64,000 bases of DNA from Neodothiora populina (Eukaryota). The notes beneath the pieces are model-generated. The model searched no databases, was not told the DNA's origin, and saw only the letters and a list, made by a program, of their open reading frames with translations. The position numbers and the translations under genes are program-made. Where the stretch lies: the NCBI RefSeq assembly GCF_041146345.1, contig NW_027191406.1:992001-1056000 (forward strand), given 5' to 3'. The number at the start of each line of letters is the position of its first letter. The first letter of the stretch is position 1. Below are positions 1 through 12,047 of this stretch, piece by piece.

Positions 1-1514
1 CTGTCCTGACAGTTTCACGTGGTGGGCACATCTTCACTATACAAAAGTGAGATTGTCGCGACACCAATGCATGTCTGAAACCTTGCCCTTCGGAACCAGT
101 CGACAACGGCTGTGCGTGTGGTCTGGGGTCCAAAGGAGATATCCGTCTGATTGCTCTGTTTCAAGTGATTAATGCTTATAGGGGATGTTGTAGAGATACT
201 GTAAGTTCATCCCCGCATACTGTTCTTTGATGCGAAGACAAGTTATCTCCCCGTTGAAATCTTCATACCTCGACCTCGCTTGCTTCTTCCTATGAACAAA
301 AGCTCTTGCCAATCGTTTCATTGCACCGGTAGGTAAGCTAGCAACTCTCTCTCTCTCTCCCCTGCCTCTACTTTTACAAGGCTGTATGTTCGATCGGCTA
401 GTCTCCCCACCTCGGACCACTGATCATATGCTCCTTCGGAGAATGGTGTCTTCCAAGAACTCTTGCCGGAACTTTCTCGACAGACGACAAACACATTTCG
501 AAGATAAGCAGAAAGACCCCCAAATGGACAACGAGTTACATACCACGAACATATCCTTCCCAAGCGCCGCAACCAGGTTCATAAATAAGCATACCACAAC
601 AATCCGACGTTCTCCTCTTAATGTGGTTCTCTGCCAAGGGCTGTATCCAAACTCTTCAAAAAGGAAAACATCGCAATCTCGCCTTATCACATCAAACCCC
701 TCCCTTCTCTACATGCCCTAGTCCGAATTCCTAATCACATTCTGGAAAGTAGAAGAGAATGTATCCATGAGATGTAAAACCCGCTATTGTCATCCAGTTC
801 TGTCATTCATATCCCATCTTGCATACCGTATCACATGTTCAACATCTATCCCTTCCTTTCTTTCCCTTTTTCTTTCCCGCTAATCCTGGAGTCAGTAGTC
901 TTCTGTAGTAGATAACCTTCCTGTTCTACTCTCCCTTGCATTAAGTGCTCCTTCAGGGGATTGAGAGTGGGTTGTATATCCCACAAACATTTCGTATGAA
1001 GTCTACTCCGGTCTGTACTAAATGATACGTATGCAGGGTCTCCTCTTCATTGCGGAAAGGTGTTGTGATGCACGATGTAAGTTATGTTCTTGTTCGTGAC
1101 TCGGGAATCGTCTGGAGCAATCTGCGTGAGAAGTGCAGTGACAGGGTCACCCTGTCGGTCTGGTGTCTTAGCCCTGAACTGTGTGACGAGCATAATTATT
1201 GGAAAGTATACCACTCGAGTGTACCCTCATGATGATGATGGACGATCATGGCTGAGTTTTCTTTGACTCTATACCAATTCAAGGAACGAAACATGGTGGT
1301 GCTGAGTCCAATCCACCCCTCGCATGACGAGGCTATTTCTTCTGGTTAATATTGATGCGTCGTTATCATACGGCTGATATGCTAGTGAAAGAAGAAGAAT
1401 GACAGTAACAATCCAATAATGCTCATCCAATGATAGTTTACCTCCCTTGTCCTGGAACACCAATACCCTCATTACCCACCATGCTAATCGCTAAAGTCAC
1501 TGGCTTTCCCCTGC

Positions 1515-4037
1515 TTAAAGTCCACGAGGCTGCGATGGGTTATCCAACGGGACTAATGGAAGGTTGCGCCTCATAGGCACACTGCCTCCAGCTCTCGGAT
1601 TATGCCAGCCTTCTCGCTCGGCCCCCAAGGCTATGAAAGGATCAATGTCAACCTTGTTCTCCCGGTCACCGAAAACAGAAGGATGAATCTGGCCCTGGCG
1701 CGGTGGCATAAGAGTTCGTCGTGCACCATAACGTGGTGACATGAAAGGGATGGCAGTGAGTTCTGCTGTGCTGGGCTCAAGGCGAGGCCATGGTGCCGAT
1801 GTCGACGCCGGGTAACTCCTACGATTGGAGCTCGTCTCTAAGCTGGAAGCTGGACTCAGGACCGGATTGGGTGTCTTTGCAGCTGGTGGTCGTGATGGGC
1901 GCCATCTACTGACATCTGCAGGAGTTTGAGGCTGTCTTGCTGCAGGTAACTCATCATCGTAGATCCTGAAGCTTGGAGTCGTCCCTGGCCGAGCATGCAG
2001 TCCACTTGGGACAATAGGAGATGTTAAAGCACCGCGACGGGGAGGAGTCCTACGCTGAGTGGATTGCATGAGCAACGCCTGCGGGCCACTAGGAAGATCT
2101 TGGTGCGGCGGACTCGAAGAAGGTGGCGCAGGTGGCATTGATGTTGTTGGCAAGGAGTATGTGGGGCCTGATGTCAGAGGCGACATGCGCGCAGGAGACA
2201 ACGGATCGGGAAGTGGGATCGAGCCCACAGAGTAGACAGATGATGCAGACGGAGATCTGCTCGCAAGATGTTGTGACGCGCCAGTCAATCCGAGGGGAGT
2301 CGAAGATGCTATGATAGTCGGCTCACGCGCACGACTGGCTGGTGCGATCAAGGCGGGAAGGGTTTCGAGTCTTCGAGAATCCGAGACGTGTCCGACAGGC
2401 GGCACTTCCTCGTCCTCATCACTACCAACGCCCCCCTCATCGTACGTGGAGTCCTCGGAACAACCAAGTCCGCCACTGAGAAGACGTCCTCGAAATGGCT
2501 GTAGACTATTTGAAGAATGTCGGTCTGTGGATACAGAGGAGAATTGTTGCAGAGCAGCTGTCAACTCATCCAAGGGTGAATGATTGAGATAGTATGCTTG
2601 AGATGGGTATCTACGACGCGCATTTGGAGCGAGTGGAGCATCGGGTGGTACAAGGTCTCTTCGGATCCTGTTGCGGCCTGGACTAGCCGGCTCTGAAATT
2701 CCATTGCTTGATGCCGGTCTGTCCCAAGAAAGCGAGCTGTGTCTGGAATGTATCATTGAAGCACGTAGTGAAGGGTCAAATAAATCCGGGACTGAGTGGC
2801 TTCCAATAGAAGACACTAACCTTGCAGACGAACGACGTGCTCCGATGGGTCTGCTCCTCGCATCAGGAACATCACGCGAATACTGCCGATCTGTTTGATC
2901 GATTGGACTCAGGTCATGAGACAGCATCTCCCGCTCCGACGGTAAAGCTGTAGGTGAGGAGGTTGAGAGGGGAGATGGACATGATCCTGGTATCTTCATG
3001 ACAAGATATCTGTCTATCACTATACCCGACAATGATGCTGGTAGGTCCGATCGACGACCCAAGCTACTAGGTCGCTGCCTCTGGTACTCGCGGTCGCGTT
3101 GGGGTTGTTGATCATCGTATGGCGATCTCTGGGCACGAGTGCGAGGAGCATATGAAGACGCTGGATCAAGCTGACTGTTATCCGGATCTAGCAAAATTGG
3201 ATTACGAGGCCGAAGTGACTGCGCGCCTCGATTGTTGACTGCGTAAGAAGCAGCACGTCGAGTGTCGGGATCATCCGCTGAACCGAATTTGATCCTGGGG
3301 ATGAAAGAAGGTGCCATAGGATCCAATGACGTTGGCAGAGTGAAGGCCTCATCGTGACCCATCATCCTTGGCAGATGAGGCAGTCCGCACTCGTCTGGAA
3401 GGCCTAAGTTACGAGAAGTCGAATCGTAGTAAGAATCGTCAGCATGGCCACCACGAGATCGATAGGGCATCTCGCTGCTTCCATCAAGTCTTGGAGGCAA
3501 ACCGCCATCGCCTTCTAGTCCGCTGTTGTCAGATGTATACAGAGGCAAATCGAAGTAGGAGTGACCCGAGTTTCGGTGAGAAAGTCCCTCAGCCCTTGGG
3601 TTCAGACTCGACCTGGAGCTTGCAGCTGTTTGATCACGATTTGCGTCAACAGCATCGATGGCACGCCTAGCCTCTGCAAGACTCTCTGCAACGGTGAGAC
3701 TGCTAACATCACGATCATGCAATTGAGTATCAGACAAAGTGTCCTCTTCGAGCTCACTCGACGTGTCAGTGAAGGGTGCGAATTGCGGGGAGACGTGAGC
3801 ATGAGATGGATTCACACAAGATATGGCACCACGAATGGGACGTCGAGGGCTAGGGCGGAGGATTCCTTTGTGCCACACAGGAGGCTTTGAGTTTTGTGAG
3901 GGCTGAGATGCTTGCACAGTGAACCAGTCTGTACCTTGGGCGGGTCCAAGCTCTGTCGGTCGTCTTGCTATGCGGGACTTGAGGTCTTGTATATCAGCTG
4001 TCGTGACGCATAGCTTCGAAGGAGTAGGGCGAAACAT
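1515..4037 (-). CDS. Uncharacterised 840-aa S/P/R-rich, largely disordered protein with a Cdc26-like N-terminus
   Basis: Single long ATG-initiated ORF. N-terminus MFRPTPSKLCVTTADIQDL; C-terminal FRIYDDELPAARQPQTP motif. No globular domain recognised. Confidence 0.7.
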   Translation of the reverse strand: MFRPTPSKLCVTTADIQDLKSRIARRPTELGPAQGTDWFTVQASQPSQNSKPPVWHKGILRPSPRRPIRGAISCVNPSHAHVSPQFAPFTDTSSELEEDTLSDTQLHDRDVSSLTVAESLAEARRAIDAVDANRDQTAASSRSSLNPRAEGLSHRNSGHSYFDLPLYTSDNSGLEGDGGLPPRLDGSSEMPYRSRGGHADDSYYDSTSRNLGLPDECGLPHLPRMMGHDEAFTLPTSLDPMAPSFIPRIKFGSADDPDTRRAASYAVNNRGAQSLRPRNPILLDPDNSQLDPASSYAPRTRAQRSPYDDQQPQRDREYQRQRPSSLGRRSDLPASLSGIVIDRYLVMKIPGSCPSPLSTSSPTALPSEREMLSHDLSPIDQTDRQYSRDVPDARSRPIGARRSSARLVSSIGSHSVPDLFDPSLRASMIHSRHSSLSWDRPASSNGISEPASPGRNRIRRDLVPPDAPLAPNARRRYPSQAYYLNHSPLDELTAALQQFSSVSTDRHSSNSLQPFRGRLLSGGLGCSEDSTYDEGGVGSDEDEEVPPVGHVSDSRRLETLPALIAPASRAREPTIIASSTPLGLTGASQHLASRSPSASSVYSVGSIPLPDPLSPARMSPLTSGPTYSLPTTSMPPAPPSSSPPHQDLPSGPQALLMQSTQRRTPPRRGALTSPIVPSGLHARPGTTPSFRIYDDELPAARQPQTPADVSRWRPSRPPAAKTPNPVLSPASSLETSSNRRSYPASTSAPWPRLEPSTAELTAIPFMSPRYGARRTLMPPRQGQIHPSVFGDRENKVDIDPFIALGAEREGWHNPRAGGSVPMRRNLPLVPLDNPSQPRGL

Positions 4038-5742
4038 CCTGGACGACGGCTTTCAAGGTTGTACGAGATGATATTGCCGACGTAGGGGACATGATTAGGA
4101 ACACGCACGCACTCAACTTCAGGGGAGGTCATAAAAGTGGCATAGCTCGCAGTAGAAGGATAGACGCAAGAATATGGAAACTACGACGACGGCTCCTACC
4201 TGAAAGAAAATACAGAGCAATAACTCATTGAGGGAAAAAGGGGAGCGCATTCGTGGGAGATGATCTTGCTCAAAGAAATAACGTGGAGGAAAGTGCGATC
4301 AGAGCCATACCTGCCTCGATCGATACACAAATAATCCGCAGCGCACGAAAATCATAACCTCCTGCTCAGTTCACATGAAATGCGATGCGAATTTCTTATA
4401 GCAGGACATTGCAAGAATGTTAAATGCTCGACTTGTCCCTCGGCCTTCTCTGCTTGCTCTTCAGGAGGCTGGGGATGTGTCTCACAGCTTGGTGCTCCTT
4501 GCGTCGCGTTGACATTCACGGATGTGAGGAAGGAAGTCGGCAGAAAGTCGGGACTCGCAGCGAGTGCATGCCAAGACGACCAACAAGTCGCGTGGGCTGT
4601 TACCAGAAATAGCATTGGCGGTGTGTAACAGCACAAATCTCATATTAGATGTGGCGCCTATGAGGTCAATCGATGACTGTGCGAAGAGGAGAGAGTGGAT
4701 ACATGGTCTAGTAGCCGAATATCATCAGAGCGGATGTGGAAGCAGATATAGGAGAGGATTGGAGTGACATCTCGCCGGAACAGAGGAACAACACTGATAG
4801 CTGTTCATATCCGTAGATGGACAGCTAGGACAAGCCATGGAAGTGATATGAATGGTCGAGGATGATTACTGGACCTGGCCCAAGCTTCGTAGATGCAACC
4901 CAATGCGACCAAGGGCAGACAGGTACGATTACGGTAGGTCTTCCGTACACTTAATGTACTGTAAATGACACTGGGGGGGGGGGGCAACAGTTGCACAAGA
5001 CATTATTACGACGAATCAAGAACGTGTGTGAATGGAGAGCCGCGCCGCTTCTTATCGTAGAGATTTCCTTGCGTTGCCGTACCTTATCTGACAGTGGTAG
5101 ACCACGAGAAGCCACGATAGCCTTGTCACTCTGTCGCACTTGTGAGGCCGCCACAAATTGTTATCGAGCTGGTTCGATGGTAGAACAGTAAATTTAGTTT
5201 TTTTTTTGTTGTCCCAGTTGTTAGATTTCGGCATAACAAGACGAAAGAACATAAGGGTCGTCGTCAGCCTGAAAGCCCGCAGTTGTTCTATCCCGTCTGA
5301 TCCAAGTAGAGAGCAACGCAGGCGCAGGCGTAGCGGAGGCAGCAATAATAGGTAGTCACAGTAGCAGCGCGAGCATCGGCAGCGGCATTATCATCATCAT
5401 CATCATCATCACCAGCAGCAGCAGCAGGTACAGAGGCTGCTACAGGTACGCGTCTCGACACAGCCGGCGCCCGCTGCCCGCTGTCGATCCTGGAGTGTGC
5501 CCTCGTTGGCTTTTGCACAGCACAATTGCTTGTTGGCGTGTGGGTTGTCGGCTTCTGTGCTTTTGGGAGTGTCCCTGTCCCTCTGTGGTCAGAAGTGTGC
5601 ACATCGCCAGTCGCAGGTGGTCAGAAGGGAGACCACGGGACTGCGGGACCACTGTACACTATTACTGTACTGGACTACTGAAGGACGGCAGACGGACAGA
5701 AGACGAAACGACGTTTCTGTAAAACGACGATCACCCACCCAC

Positions 5743-5890
5743 GCTCTGGCTCTGGCTCTGGCCCTGTGGCCCTGTGGCCCTATTTGGCGTCTCTTCTGGC
5801 GTCTCTTCTGGCGTCTGGCTCTGGCTCTGACTCTGGCTCTCTGAGGCTTTGTCGCTTTTGGCTCTGGATTTGGCTTTTGGCTCTGCCTCT
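5743..5890 (+). repeat. Compound pyrimidine-rich minisatellite (GCTCTG, GCCCTGTG and CTGGCGTCTCTT units) in the kinase leader
   Basis: Tandem units read directly from the sequence. Confidence 0.8.
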
Positions 5891-6000
5891 CTGAAGCTTC
5901 GAGGTTTCCCTTTACGATTATTATTGAATGCCGTCTTGGCTTTGTCACTCGCTTTAACAGTTGACACTATCCTCCCCAATCAATCAACCACCCAAAAGCC

Positions 6001-9000
6001 ATGAACGGCGACCTGAGTCTGTCGCAGTCTCTGGGTGGTTTGCGTATTGCCAATCCAGACGACGACGAGGACGACGAGCCCGCTGTTGATGTCGATGTTG
6101 CTGCCGCTGCCGGCGCCTCTTCCTCACAGCCTCCTTCCTCGCAGCAGCAGCCCACCTCCTCCTCCTCGCAGCAGCAGTCACAACAATTACGACTACCACA
6201 ACAACAACAGCAACAGCAACAACAGCAACCAGAACAACCAAAATCACAACAGGTCTTCGAACCCCCGGCCCCTCCTCTCCATACTGCCTCCACGTCACAA
6301 CCACAGCCCCCTGTCAGCTCAACCATCGAAGACAAACGCCCTACCATCTCCTCACAGTCGTCTGGCAGCACGATACGAGACTTGCAGCGGCCTCTGGGCT
6401 TATCGCAGATTTCATCCGACAACGGCAGCAACAGTGGTTCGTACCACAGCTATGTCGAGCAGGGAGTGGGTGCATATGCAACACCTGGTGCAAGCGCAGA
6501 CTCGGCTTCAATCTCGGGTGCGAATGTCATGAATACAGGTGCAGCAGCAGCAGCAAGCAGAGGCACGAGTCCAGGAGCAGCCCACCGAGATGGTCTGCTG
6601 GAATCATACAACCCCCAGAACCCCCAGAAGCCATACCGCGCCCCCTCGGTGTCCTCCGATCATTTCTATGTCCAGTCACGCATGAGTCGACAGCCTTACG
6701 ATACGCAATCCCAGTACTCTCAGAACTCACAATACAGCTCCCGCATGCGCGATCCCAACGACCCGAGGACGTCGGCCCGTCCGCTATCCATCTACAACCA
6801 TGGCAACGCCTCGAGCAGTTCTCAGATCTCCCACGCATCATATCGATACAACAATGACAACATACAACCGCCACAGCCCAACATGGGTCTGTCAAGGAGT
6901 GCCTCGAGGGCCACCGCATCTGCCGCTACTGCCGCCATGGGCGGCCAGATGCCCACCAGGCAGCCTAGTCGGAGCTACAGAGGTGATCCGCAGATGCCGG
7001 CATCGTCAGGGATGATACTGCCCCGAAGGAGCTCGAGGAGGGTGGCCCCTTCATACAACGGCACTGCCGCTCCTCCACAGGGTTCTCCTTACGCCATGGA
7101 AGGTGGTCCATTACCGAGCAGTGAGGAGTGGAAAGACAAGGGGGCCGCTGTGGCCACCCGGCAAGAGATAGACGCTAACGGAAGACCAGTGCAAAAAGTT
7201 ATCAAGAAGGGGGTCAAGGACTTCAATTTCGGCCGCACTCTGGGCGAGGGATCATACAGTACCGTTCTGGCTGCAACCGACAGGCAAACGATGCGGGAGT
7301 ACGCCATTAAAGTGCTGGACAAGAGGCACATTATCAAAGAGAAAAAGGTCAAATACGTTAACATCGAGAAAGATGCGCTGAACCGCCTGACCGAACACCC
7401 TGGTATCGTGAGGCTGTACTACACCTTTCAGGACGAGAGATCTCTCTACTTTGTCTTGGACGTTGCAAATGGAGGAGAGCTTCTGGGCGTTCTTAAGAAG
7501 ATGGGCACTTTCGACGAAGATTGTGCGAGATTCTACTCTGCTCAGATACTCGATTCCATCGCCTACATGCACTCCAAGGGCATCATCCACCGAGACCTCA
7601 AGCCCGAGAATGTGTTGCTCGACGACAACATGCACACAAAGATCACGGATTTCGGAACAGCCAAAATCCTCGACATCAAGCGGACGATGGACGGGGGACC
7701 TGGAAATGACAATGTCGGTGATACCATGGATGGTGCGGACCAGGAACGAGCAAATTCATTCGTCGGCACGGCAGAGTACGTCAGCCCCGAGCTGCTGACT
7801 GACAAGAATGCTTGCAAGGCCAGTGACCTGTGGGCCTTTGGATGCATTGTCTACCAACTTCTGACTGGGCGACCACCTTTCAAGGCGAGCAACGAGTATC
7901 AGACATTTCAGAAAATCGTTGCTCTGGACTACGTTTTCCCTGAAGGCTTCCCTCCTATCGCTAGGGACCTCATCGAGAGGCTCCTGGTACTCGACCCCTC
8001 GCAAAGAATACCAATCGACCACATCATGTCACATCCTTTCTTTGATGGCATCCAGTGGGGCAAGAGTTTATGGAAGCAGAAGGCTCCACGTCTACGAAGC
8101 TACATGCCTCCCCCGTCTGCTCCCATCAGTCTGAACAACAATGGTTCCACTACGAATCTCGGCAACATCCCCGGCATTGCAATGGCACCCGCACCTTCCC
8201 CGTCACATTCGATGCATCCGCAGCAGCAGTCGGTACAGTCTCCACCTCAGCAGCTCTCGCCGCCACAGACTCAGCCAGTCAGACCACAACTACGAGCCAT
8301 CACCGAGGTCGCACCTCCCAGTCAGCTCGACCTGGACTGGTCCTCTGTGCTCACGCGGAATAACGAGCGCATCCTCAAACTCGGAAACATGAACGTCTTG
8401 ACAGCACCAGCCCCACACTCGCCAAATACGAAACCTGGCGGAGATGGTGAACAGAAGGAGACGCCGAACAGGAAGTTCTCCCGGTTCTTTGGTGGAAGCA
8501 CTACGAAGAAGAGGGAGCGGCTGGTCATCATCACGTCTAGCGCGAGACTGATACTCGCGGCAGCTGGCGGAGGCGAGAAAAAGGCCAAGATGGAGATAAA
8601 CCTGCTCATACCTGGAACGTCATGGAAAAGCTACGTGGACGGCCGAGGTTTGACTGTATGGAGTGTTGATACGGTAAGCGTTTTGCTATTCTCTCTCTGG
8701 GCCGACAGCGACTGACACACGGGTTACTAGCGCGACAAGCACCTCTCTTTTGACGATCCACGCTCAACGCCTTCGGACCCTGAAGGTAGCGTATACAGCA
8801 CACAAGAATGGCTTGAAATGATCGAGCGGGCCAAAGAAGTGGCCATGTCTCAATCAGCCGCACATTCCTACTCCAGTGAGTCTGCGTATAACGATTTGGC
8901 ATCGAGCGTTTCCAGCCCGGCCAGTGCTAGCGGGGGCGATGGTGTTGATGGCATGCAACAGCAGGGAGGGCCTAGTGGCTTCGGCGGGAAAGAGGGCAGA

Positions 9001-9102
9001 AACACATTGCGAAAAGATCCGGGAGACACAGAAAGCTTGAAAGGGCGGAAACCACGATTCTCGAAGAGACATAGCAAGAGCGGGCTTGCCGCAGTGTTCT
9101 GA
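6001..9102 (+). CDS. PDK1-family Ser/Thr kinase (Pkh1/2, Ksg1-like) with C-terminal PH-like region
   Basis: Kinase motifs GEGSYSTV, AIKVLDKRHIIKEKK, HRDLKPEN, DFG and RANSFVGTAEYVSPE. Intron 8674-8730 (GTAAGC...TAG) joins in frame to RDKHLSFDD...GLAAVF*. PolyQ N-terminus. Confidence 0.95.
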
Positions 9103-10639
9103 GCAAAGGGCTGTACAGACACTCAGAAAAGGGAGGAGGAAAGAGAAAAACATAGGACGGACAGGCGCGCTCATGAGTTCCACGCCGCAGCTGCACGCAC
9201 CGCGTCTTGTCAACATCTTCTTACATTGGTCCAGCCGTTTTGGTTTCGTCCTTGCCCGTCCTGCGTTTTCTGCCAATTTTTATTCGAACTGGTCTTTGAC
9301 AGGAGACTAGCATGACTTATGACACTGTTTGATTCAAGGGCATGTTCTTGTTTCATGTTTTGTCTGTTTATTTTTTCTCACCTTTCCCCTTTCTGTCGTC
9401 CTCCTCGAGTAGTTCTTGACCCATCTTGTTTCTGCCCGGCGTTCGACGGCCCATTTGTTTCACTGTCTGATTGTTTCTCTTTCTTCGGGCCTGGCGAGCC
9501 CTTGCTGCACTCATCTATACTGCGATGGCCATTCTATATCTTCTCTCTCGTTTTCTTTCTGTTCTGTTTCGCGGTTTTTGACCTACTTTCCTAGCTTTTT
9601 TCTGTCCCGTTTCTGCTGGAGGATGATCGAGGGCGCACAAGTGACGGCCATTGCATATACACATACAACGACTACCAGAGCGCATGGTGTTGCGGAGTGT
9701 CTCACAAGCTTTGTTCTTGTCAGTCGACCTCAATTTTTTTTTTCCATGTTACTCGCTGGGATCTTATACTATTTTTGTTCCAGTTCTTTTTCGTTGGTGT
9801 TATTTTGTTCTATTCATTCACCTTACCCTCCTTTCCCTACATCTCCCTTATTGACATGGGTCGAACCAGAAGTACATGTGTTCGACCTTGACGCTTTTGA
9901 GATACAAGAGGAGGGAAATTGATACTGCGTCAAAGGCAGGAATATACAGGCACTGTGCATACAGACCGAAAGCAAGAAGAAGACAGGGTTGCAGAGTGCG
10001 ACTCATGGGGAAAATGGAGTTGAGTGTTTTTAGTCCGGCGGTGTATAGCGCATTGAGAAATTGTTCATCCTTTGGTTTCAACTTTTTCGAAAGAAGCGGA
10101 ATAGCATGTTGTTTTTCGATCCAATACTTCCAAGATTCTTCTTCATTTCGAGCTTCTGATTCTACGAGTGACACAACTCCCGTGACTCAGGGAAGGAAAG
10201 GACAGGATACCTCGGCCAGCAGCACTGGGCTTCTGACAGTGAACGTACGATGATCATCTGCTAAGGTACCTCCCGACCACAGTTTAGCAACTGTGCGAGC
10301 TTGTCATTCTACGTCATTCGCACGAGCTGTCTACACCAGCGCGTTTGATGTATCAATAGCACACCGGTATTGTCCAAGACCCTTTTCTTCTGCATATCAT
10401 CATGGCAGGACAGGAAGAAGGGGGGTGGGTTGGTCCTTCGGAAGAATACCTTACGGTATACAAAGATAGCTTCGAAGATGAAGAAGATACAGGGGCGCAG
10501 TCGGGCGTCAAGAGGTAAGTAAGGTTTAGCGATGTTGCTGCTGCTACTACTGCTGCTGCGGCCCTGTCTGCCTGTTTCTTTAGAGGGGATAGAAAGGGCG
10601 CGTGGGATTCATTTACATGTGATGCGTGGGCAGAGCCCC

Positions 10640-10640
<1 letters not shown>

Positions 10641-10673
<33 letters not shown>
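10641..10673 (+). repeat. Non-coding (CAG)11 microsatellite
   Basis: Direct reading. Confidence 0.95.
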
Positions 10674-10676
<3 letters not shown>

Positions 10677-11505
10677 TGCGTGGACTTCCCGTCGCCTTGG
10701 AAGAGGTCCATCGAGTGCATGCGGTGCTGTGCTGTTTGGCTTGTTCCTGTTTGATTGACTGGATCGACTACAGCGTTAGTTGATTGGTTGATAATCGTAG
10801 ATGGATGGACTATTCTGCCCTGGAATGGGTCAAGGCAACTGCGGTAGCTAGACCAAGGCAAGGTAAGGCAGAAGCAGAAGCCAAACACGAGTCACGCCTC
10901 TAATTACTGGCGTGCATTCCTGTGCGTGAAACCCAGAAGTCTGGAGGTGTGTATTCGCTCATCTCTATACCTTGTACATGTTTCATGGTCTCCTAGTTTG
11001 ACCAATTTCTGGATCTGAACAACGACAAGACTCGATCCGCTCCACAGTCTTCTTCTTTCTCGCCGTATTTTGTAACCGTCCATTTGGCGAAGCTTTGACA
11101 TTTACAGCATAAATTGTACTGTTGACAAACTAAACGTCGGCCAAACAACAGGTGAAGGTCGGGTCTGATTCACTCTACACTCTGTGATGCAACCTGTTTA
11201 ATCCACGACGAGAAGAGAAAACAAGTCTTTGCCTCTGCTCTGGAATCATCAACCCTCAGGATCTTCCTCTCGGCTTCCTTGGTCCTGTCGCACCGCCTCC
11301 CACATCTCCCAATCAAAGGCAGGGATTTGTTTAATTGGGCACACCCCACCAGCGTCAACGTCCACTTCATGTCAGGCCGCATTGTACAACACACTCCCTG
11401 ACGACCATCCATCTGTCTTCTTGTCATTTACTTCTCACTTTTCCTCACCATCTCACTTGTTCCCCGGACACCGGATGAAGGGTGTCACAGCGTCTTGTCG
11501 CAATC

Positions 11506-12012
11506 ATGCCGCTACGCGCAGACATCAAGATCAACTACTATGCTGCCCTTGAACTGCCCGCCGATGCCACGATTGAAGACATCAAGAAGCAGTACCGCAA
11601 GCTCGCTCTGAAGCACCATCCCGACAGGGGAGGAGCGGTAGAGAAGTTCCAGGCCATCCAGGCTGCCCATGAGATCCTAGAGGACCCCGCCTCCAAGGCC
11701 AAATACGACTCGGATCGCAGGAAGGCAGGACTTCTACCCACCTTCGGCCGCACTGCCGCTTCTGCTGCCTCAGCTGCCAGGCCTCAGGCATACACGACTC
11801 CTTCGAGTGGCGGCTTTGCCCCTCCTCCCAAGCGCAACGCGAGCACGGGAGTCCCGCCCGGATGGCGACCTGGTGCCACCCCTGGCGCTGATCGTTTCAC
11901 AAATTTCCCCCCGACCCCCTGCACCCACGAGCAAGAGAGAGGGAGACAAGGCGAGCAACTTCAGTGCGTGGCAGAGCATGTACACGGAGAAGAAGGGGTC
12001 TGCGCAGCAAGC

Positions 12013-12047
<35 letters not shown>

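Noticed and set aside
1..1500. Short ORFs at the left end (169-420, 386-721 and others)
   Set aside because: No recognisable domain, splice structure or repeat termini; treated as intergenic or UTR.
11900..11907. A_AAT_TTC -1 slippery heptamer in the J-protein gene
   Set aside because: The required shift is +1; the -1 frame does not lead to the conserved continuation.
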